From a virus: a stretch of DNA of 64,000 bases. Each line of letters starts with the position of its first letter. Position 1 is the first letter of the stretch. Where the stretch lies: the IMG/VR virus record IMGVR_UViG_3300045988_069682, positions 1-64,000 of that record; one strand, given 5' to 3'. Shown here in pieces: positions 21,366 through 30,300 of this stretch. Position numbers and translations under genes: made by a program. The notes under the pieces are model-generated. The model was not told the origin of the DNA. It made no database searches and saw nothing but the letters and a program-made list of their open reading frames with translations.

Positions 21366-24300
21366 TTAAATGTCAAATTTGTCGCCATATTTTTTCAAGC
21401 AAAGCTGTGCGACCTTTTGTTGCTTTGCTCGGTTTTTATCAACCAGCATCCTCTTTTGCGCTGGGGTGTATTTGGGGTTTGTTGTAATATCCCTAATCTC
21501 TTTTTGGAGCTTGGAGATTGTGTTTGCCGCAGTATTAACGCCAGATACAGCGACGGTAGGTTTACCCTTCTTGCCGTAACCAGCCTGCCATTTCGCAGAT
21601 GCCTCTTTGAGCTGATAGAAGTCATTCATGGTTCTGGTAAGGTTCATGTCGTTGACAACGAAGTCACGGACGAACGCCATTTCTGAAAGCTTCTTTTCTG
21701 GCAGATTGCGCTTTTCGGCAATCAGCAAGTCTGGAGCTTGCCATAAGAACATGCCCATAGTGCCTGTATAACCACGCCAGAGATTGTCAATTTTTACAGG
21801 AGACAACTTCATGATTGGGTTGTCACCCAAAGCCTTACTCATTTCACTGGTGTATGGGCCATATTGCAATTCGTCCGGCAGACGTTCCTGTGACTTGCTC
21901 ACAATGGGCTTGCCACGGAAAAAGGAGTAATTTGTAATCCACTCAGCCAGTGGCAGAAACAGAGTAGGAATAACGCCCGGCATCAGTGCGTCTCGTGCTT
22001 GGGTGCGCCAGTTTGCCATAGCCTTCGGGTCTTGACCGTTAGCCGTATCGAGCATAGCTTCCGCGCCAGAGCCAAACAGAATACCAGCTTCTTGCGGTTT
22101 GGGGATGCGAATACCATTTGGCAATATCCAGTTGGTCATCTTGACGTTCGGGTCAAGTTCCTTATACCAATCCTCATCGTGATTCCACAGCCACAGCACT
22201 ATGGACGGCAGAACTATATAGGTACCGATGCGGAGTAAAGTTCTTCTCGGGTCAGCCTTAAACATTCTATACAGCTTATCGCCGCCTTGAATACATGCGT
22301 TGAAGAACGGTACCATACGGTTGATTTGCTGACCTGTAGCACCGCTGCGGCCAAAGTTAAGAGTAATCTCTACTGCGTCGTAAGCTGCTTGGTCTACGCT
22401 CTTGCCTTTCTCTCTCGCCCGCATGAACTCGCCCATACGGGTGCCAGCTTCGGCAAGGTTGCTAATCCATTCCAGACCTTCTATCGGTTTGTGGAATATA
22501 CCTTTGATAATATCTAGCAAGCCAAGCTTCTGCCATTTTTTACCGCCAGCCATACTTTCAAGGCTACGCATAACTGATTCGCCATCGCCATAGAAGTTGG
22601 ACGAGATAACGCCACTTGCATTAAACTCGCTTCTCAACTGCTGATTATTGAGCAATGCGTTCATGCCGCGAATACTGTCGTAAATTGGAACGAAGCCGTT
22701 CTTGGAGGCGATTCCTGCAAACAATGTATCGCGAATGAGGTTGCGAAGAATAAAGGACGGAGACATTGTAGAACCAGTTCTCAGCCATTGAGCTGGCTTA
22801 GTCAGTAGAGCCATTTCGATTTCCACTAACGGCTTTACCGCAGCAGTAATAGCTGGGTACATCTCAGGGATTGTCTGATAGGAGTGCTTCTCGCCGTTGA
22901 ACATTACCGTAAAGATGCAGTTCTTGGCATCGCCGCTATTGCCCTTAACCTCCTTGATGTAGTCATCGAGCTTGTATTTATTTGCCTGTTTAACGGCATA
23001 CTGGCCAACTCTGTTACGCTCTGCCTTCTGTGTCAATGCGTTGATAGATGTAACAATAGTTCTGAGTGGCGGCACTATGTCGCGTTCGGAACCTTCGCTG
23101 CTACGATTCTTTAACGGGTCAGACACGTTCGCTAGACCTTTGCCAGAGTTAATCTGGTCGATGAAACTGTCAACAGCAGCGGTGTCGCTGAAATCACGCA
23201 TCAACGGGCAATAAGCCTTGTAACGAGATTTGGTTGCTAAGTATCTGTCCCCGGTAATCAAGCCAGTGTTGTACAGAATATCCAGCATGTTGTCAGTAAT
23301 GCCTTTGAACATCTTGGCATATTCTTTGAAACCAACAGGAGCTTCTTTGATGACCTGCCGAATTTCCTGCTCAGTCATACCGCCCGGAAATTTATAAGGC
23401 TCAAAGATAGGCTTATCACCATGCGAGCCTTTCTTTTCCCATTCGGCTACACTGCGGTCGTAGTCAAGTCTATGGTTTTGCGCGGACTCCAACAGGCTTC
23501 TGGCAACCAAATAATTTTCGATTGCGCTGATGTGTTCTTCGAGTTCCGCTTTGCCTTGCGGATTAGTGGATTTAACGTAATTGGTAAATCGGCCAGCCTT
23601 CATATCTGTGCCGATTTTCTCCATGAGCATCTGCAAGGAAACCATGTTCTTGATGCCATATTTGTTTGCCGCCTGTTTCAACTCATCTGCATTGCCTTCC
23701 AGCAGAGCCATTGCCATGCCAGAAGCGCTATTCGCTGCCATGTTCATGCGGCCAAGGATGGTGTTAGCTCCGTCGATTTTCTCGCCGCTCGCCTTTGCGA
23801 TTGCGTCATCGAGCAGATGCAAAGCGTCATACTTGTCAACGAAGTGTTTGTAGAATTGGCTCTTGGCATCGACTATCCACTCTTTAACCTTTTGGGTTCT
23901 GGTCTTAGGTTCCTCTCTGGCAATTCTGGAGCCGAGCTTCTGCGCTGCATTTGCGGTTTTTTCACCCTCATGGCGCTTATTGACGTAGGTACGATTCGGC
24001 AGTCCGTCGTCAATCTTTTCGACAACTTCTTTGCCATCTTTACCCAACCTTACAACAGCTCCAGCTAGAGAGAAGCTTTCAATCTCTTTAGCGTGTAGCT
24101 TTTTACGTAAAGAGCGGATTTCTGCCGCACGCAGTTTCGTGCGCTCTTTTTGCTTCTCCCCTTTGTCTTTAAGGTATTCGGCAAGTTCCTTTTGATGCTC
24201 GTTCATAATGGCGGTAATTCTATTGTCGCCAGCGCCAGCAGCATAGGCTTCCTCTAACTTACGCTTATAAGCTTCGTTAATACCTGTAATGCCTGGGTCT

Positions 24301-27300
24301 TGAGAGCGAGGCTTGCTTCGAGCAGAATATTTACAGGGATTAGTTTGACGAGCATTGACAAGGTCTTGCTTGTGTAGTATACTTTCGTCAGAAGCCCGCT
24401 TGCGGATAAGGCCTGTTAAGGTGTCGGTTCTGGCATCCTTAGCCGCCTTAGCCCAAGCGAGGCTTTTTTTGCTGTCTAAATATAATAATTCCCCGTTATT
24501 TTCAAGAGCGTTTATAAAATACTGGTAGCTCGGTTTAGCTCCGCCTACGCCAAACGCAGTTTGCGGCATGTTGACCACAGTACGCTTGCGCTCAACATCG
24601 ACTTCCAATTTTACTGGAACAACAACAGTAGCTCCGTACTCGTTTTTTACTCCTAGCACTAAAACTCTTTTGTTAGGAAATTCTTTCTTAACCCCTTTAA
24701 CATCCTCAAAATCTTTGAGAATCATCAAAGGTTCTGCCATAGCTTTTGGGATTTGTTTAATTACGGCTGGTGTCATTCCCGGATGCTTAGTTTTAGTTGA
24801 ATGGCCAAAAAACCCAGAAGAAATTTTCAAAGGATATTGCTTCGCTCCAGTTAAAACCAAAGCCAATGGCGTTTGTCTCATGAAATCCACAGTTTCAAAC
24901 TTATGTTCTTCAAACCACTTTTTCGGATTCTTCGACCACTCATCTACCATTGCAGCAAATCTATCTGAATCCTCGTCAATCTTTTTCTGTAACGCCTCAT
25001 CAAGTTTTGATTTTTTTGCTTGGTGCTTATCGCCGTCGCTGTTTCTTTTGCTGCCCTCATCTCCCCAAACCTCACCAAGCTCGATTCTACGCGCTAAATC
25101 ATGGAAGTTATCAACTTTCTCGAACATCGCTTGAGCTTTCTTGATAAAATCATAAACCTTGCGCATGAGCTTCGCTACCAATCGTTGCAGCTTGTTTTTG
25201 GCAAGAATCATTCTACCCCATGCGGTCTTTTGCAGTTCGGTTTCATGCAGTTTGGTAAACAGAGCGGCCTTTCCGCCAACGCGATTGGCTCTCAGCATCA
25301 TTCTGCCCCAAGGTGTTTTTTGCAGCTTCTCAATTTCGGATTTGGTGAAGTCGGTTATGTAACCATGCTCACGAGCAGACACGAAGTTGCGCACTGCGTC
25401 AGCAGCGATTTCCTCTGCGTCTTTCTCAATACCATACTCTTCGGCAATCTTCTCTGCTCTGTCAAACAGGATTTTCTTCTCCTGCTCGTTGAGTGCCAAA
25501 TCAATCGCTGCATGAGTAGCTTCGTGAGCCTCAGTATTCTCTCTGGAGTCCAAGGAAACACTGATGATACCTTCAACGTCAGAACTGTACATCGGGCGGT
25601 AGTAACCCTCGATAGTCATATCCGCATCGTCAGCTATGCCATGTTCTTTTCTGGCGCGCTCGGCTTCTGCTTCATTTACAAGAAGATTGTTTTGAATATC
25701 GAGGGTAAATTTGTTACCACCTTTAGTAATGATAGTGAACGTGCTATTGTCATTGACTTGAATATCATCAGTACCGAAGAGTTTTTTGCACTTCTCTAAG
25801 ATTTCATCACGAGAGCGCAGGATTTTTTCGCCAAATTCGGATTCACGGACGGAGAACTTAACCTCCGCTTTTTGATTAGCCTTGTGCAAAGCTGTGTCCA
25901 ATGCCTTTTGACGTACAGCTCCGATTTTGCTGTCGCTGTCATAAAACTCGATATGAAGCCCCGCATCCATCATAGCTTTTACTTCTTTAGTATCCGCATA
26001 TTTCTGTGGTACAACTGCGGCTTTAAAGTCTCCAAGGTTGACGCTTCGTTGACTCTTGGCTTCAAAATATTCGGTTTTGACCAGTTTCTTTACGCTATGG
26101 AAAAGATTCAAAGCTCGCTCATTAGGCAAAGCGTTAACAAGATTAGGGTTTTCTTTGAACGCCTCTTTGCCAACAAGTTCCTCCATTAAGTGTTTTTCGG
26201 ACGGGTCATCTGAATTTATGACTTTTGCAATAGCAATCAAAGCATCATCCCCAACTTTGTCATAATTACTTCTTATGGTTGGGTTGTCGAAGTCTCTTGA
26301 AAGACTACCAGACGCTTTGTGCATATCATCTACAGACTTAAACTCTCTGGCTACAAACGCCAAAAATTGTCCATAGGTCATTCTTTTTCCTTCAGACCAG
26401 TGTGCTCTCGGATATGCTTGTTTTAACATGTAGCGTTCTAGATTTTCTGTTGTAAAAGGAACATCCTTTCCTTCGGCCGGGTTAAAGAAATAGCTTTCGC
26501 CGTCGATTATTTTCTCTTTTGGAATCGTTGGAGTCCAAGCATCGCGCTCATAAACCTTCGCCGCTCCTGTGCTTGGGTCGATAAGTTCTTTACCCCCAAT
26601 CAAAGTTATTTCTCCGTAGTTGCTGTACGGCTCTCCGTCGCGTATAATCGCAAGACTTGGCGACACAAAAGTACCATTTGTTTTGCCAAAGATAACATCG
26701 CTAAGAGATTCCATGGTCAAATTGTGCAAAGCTACAAGTTTTGACGAATCTCTTGTCTTGTTAACATACCGCTTATTTGAATTATCAGTACCTTCTGGCT
26801 TTGAATCATAATCTGCATGTGATGCCTTATTTTCAACAGCCACGGCATTGCTAGTTTCTTTCGCTGCTTTTGCGATTTCTTCGACCGCTTCATGCTTGTC
26901 ATAAAGCTCTTGATACTTTTGTAAAGCTTGAAGCATTGCATCTGCATATTTTTTTACAGCATCAATGGTTTCGTCGCTCAATTCGTCATCTTTCAGACCT
27001 TTTATAAGCGCATCAAAATCTTCATCGAGTTTGCCGTCAGTCGCGTAATCAGCCGTTACGGCTGCCGCAATACTGTCTCTTCCAATATCGGCAACATCTT
27101 CTTTTTCTTGCTCGCTCAGCACTGAATCTAAAATATTTAATGCTTCTTTAGGCAGCGTTTCCAGTTCGTCCGGATTACCCTCTATTAAACCACTTGCCGC
27201 CCTAGCAACAATATTGGCATCAGTATTGCCATTTTTTACTTCTGCCAATGCGACGCGCGCATCGTGTTTTGCACGTTTTTCGTCAAATTCCAACCATATA

Positions 27301-30300
27301 GAATTTCTTGCAGCAGCCAAAGAAGTGTTTTGCTCACTTGTATATTCATCATCACTCTTTGAAGCATTTGCAAGATTCATTTGGAAGTCACGCGCTTCCG
27401 CAGCCCCAACGTGACTGTCGCCGCCCAACATGGTGTCAATCTGATTGCGCAAATCATCTAATTCTTTTATGCGCTCGGCAAATGGTTTGCTAACTTCGTC
27501 CTTGCCGCTGAATACAACCTCGTTAATGATTCGCTTAACATCAGCAGGAATCTCAAAATCAAAAGTATAAGCGTTGGCCCACTTCTTAGATTTTTCGGAT
27601 TCCCTGCCTAATGCTTTTTGTATTTTCAGCATAAATTTTTCAATATAAGATTGAATTTCTGCCTTTAAATCTGCAAACAGTTTATTGAGCCACGGAATAG
27701 GGGTATCTGCATCGGCTATATGTTTTATGATAGCCTGAGAGAAACGCTCTTCGTCAACAGGCCCGCCGTCGCTTTTAGAGCGTTGCTCTGAGTTAAAGTA
27801 AGGAGCCTGGGTATACTCTTTAGACGTTTTATCTGCCCCATTTCCTATCCATTCTCTCAGCCGTTTAAAATCATCTTTGAGTTTTTGAGGTGCAAGCGGA
27901 GACTCTGCAACCAAAGCAAAGTCTGCAAAGAACATGTGCGCCATTTCGTGGAACAATGTGGTTGTACTAGCTTTTCCAGAAAAAGCCAATCTTCCTCTTG
28001 CAGTTTTGTCAGCAGTAAATATTTGAGTTGTGAGTCCAGCAGTGCCCGCCGAAAAGCGATTATCAATTTTATCATCAAAAAATGCAAATTTATAACGCTG
28101 AGCAAACGCCAAAGGGGTATAGTTTGCGCCGAGATACTTATTGAACAGCCTAGACCACGTTTGCGCTCTAAAAGCCAAAAGCTGTGCGGCAGCTTCAATA
28201 GCATTTGTGCTGAACCGTTTCTTGGAATCATTGGAAAGAGAAGATTTTACCCAATCATAGACCTCTTGGCCTTCTTTGGACAAAGTCTCGTTGCCGTCAG
28301 CCATTGCGTCAGTAGTTGCAGATTCAAGAATCTTTTTGTCGATTTGCTCCTGCTCCTTTTTGACTGCTGCTACCTGTTTATCATATACGGATTTTCTATC
28401 GTCAACTCGCAAAAAGTCGCCCTTGCCAGCGCTGTCTTTGCTAGCTTCCAGTTTCCTTTCCAATTCACTCTTGATTTTTTCAAGCGAATCAAGAGCCTCT
28501 TCCAAAAATATCTTGCCTTCCTTATGCTGTTTGACAACATTTTCGGCGGCTTCCTTGGCATCTTTAAGTGCCTTTTGGTAAAACTCTTTTCTCGGAGCCT
28601 CAGCTTCTTCTCTAGCTCTTTTATCAGCTTCGAGTTGTTTCCTGTGCTGCTCTTTAGCATCTGCTTCTCGGTCGATGAACATTTGCTTGCGAGTTTCTTC
28701 TATTTTCTCGATGCAGTCTTTTGAAACAGTAGGAACCTGTCGTTCACTACGCGCATAAACACGTTTTAAAGCATTTACCTCCTTGGAAGCCTCGTCTATG
28801 CTAGTTTCACCATTACGCCACTTATCGCAGATTCCCTTAACTTGTTCCAGCAAGGTCGCCTCGTTGTATTTTTGAATAAGTTCAATGTTATCAACGGGGG
28901 TTTTCTTGTTCATTAGATACAAGCCATTGTTATCTGTGTTCAGTCCTTTAACGATAGCAGAAACATCTGGCTTTGTTTCAATGTCTGCTTGCTGCCTAAT
29001 TGGCGGTTCGCCTTCGCCGCTGCCAGAACCAACATCAGCAGTTGATGTATCGGTTGTACCTTCGGTGTTATCAGTATTCGCGTTTTTGAGCTTGTCGAGC
29101 ACATCCGTAAGAGTAACCTTTGGAACTGTCGGCAACTCAACGGGCTTGCTTGTGTCAATGCCATTGCTCGCAAAGAAATTTTTAACGCTCGCAGATGCCG
29201 CATCTAATCCCGGTGTCCCTTTATTGCCATTGATATTATCTTTTTGGTGCTTTTCAAGAAAATCTTTAACCTTCGATTGTCCGTAAGGAGCGTAATAAAA
29301 GCCACCAGAATCCCAGTGGAATCCAGCTTGGCCTAAAGATTTTCTCACATCAAGAGGAAGCTTGTCGGATGGAGCAATCCATACCATGTTGTCTTTTTGG
29401 CGCAGGATAGGGTTTAACTCCTTGCCACCGACTTGAATTGTTGGCAATTTGTCTGCCTTACCAACTTCATTCTTGTTAGTGTTGTCGTCCTGCTTTGGTT
29501 TTTTACCTTTCGCCGGGGTTACTGTATTACCATTGGCATTGTTATCAGAAGCATCTTGAACAAGATACTTCTTCAAAAATTCGTCTAAAGCTGGCGTATT
29601 TTCAGCAATAGAGCCTTCCTCTTTGCTCTTCCATGCAAAGCCAGCTTTCTTATATGCTTGCTTTTCTTCTTTGGTGAATTTAACACGCTTTTCCATTTTT
29701 AAAGAAACTCTGCCATCCGGCAAAGACCTTACTTCGCCTTTAACACCATTTAAGCGAATAGTGCATAGCAGTTTTCCAACATCAGTAGTCGATGTATCGG
29801 TTTTATCATCGGCATTAACATCATCTGCGTTTTTGAGCTTATCGAGTACATCCGTGAGATTAACCTTAGGAGCCTTCGGTAGTTCAACGGCCTTGCTTGT
29901 GTCAATGCCATTGCTCGCGAAAATCTCACGAAGCGTCTGGACTTCGGTTTTCGGTTCTACGTCTATTTTTGCCCCAGAGAGTTTCTCCAAAGCGGTTTTC
30001 ACCTCTGCGTTATAAGGAGCTTTAATCGCTTTCGCATTGCCGTCATACTTAAAACCAGCTTCGTAGATGATTTTTCGTTGTTCGTCTGTGGTTTCGGTAC
30101 CTTTAGGCCAAGAAATGGTAACTGTTTTGCCATCGTCCGTCAGAATCGGAGTCAACTCTTTTTTGCCGAATTTAATTTTTGGGAGAGTTTTTTGCATCTC
30201 TTGTTCGCGTTCCTCCGGCTCAGCTTTAGGCTCAGTCTTAGGCTCGGCTTTAGGCTCGGCTTTAGGCTCAGCTTTAGGCTCAGTCTTAGGTTCAGCTTTA

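Noticed and set aside
23421-28724. Several 190-280-aa plus-strand ORFs (23421-24068, 24568-25134, 25101-25799, 27885-28724)
   Set aside because: All lie antisense within the giant ORF, lack SDs and have low-complexity shadow composition.
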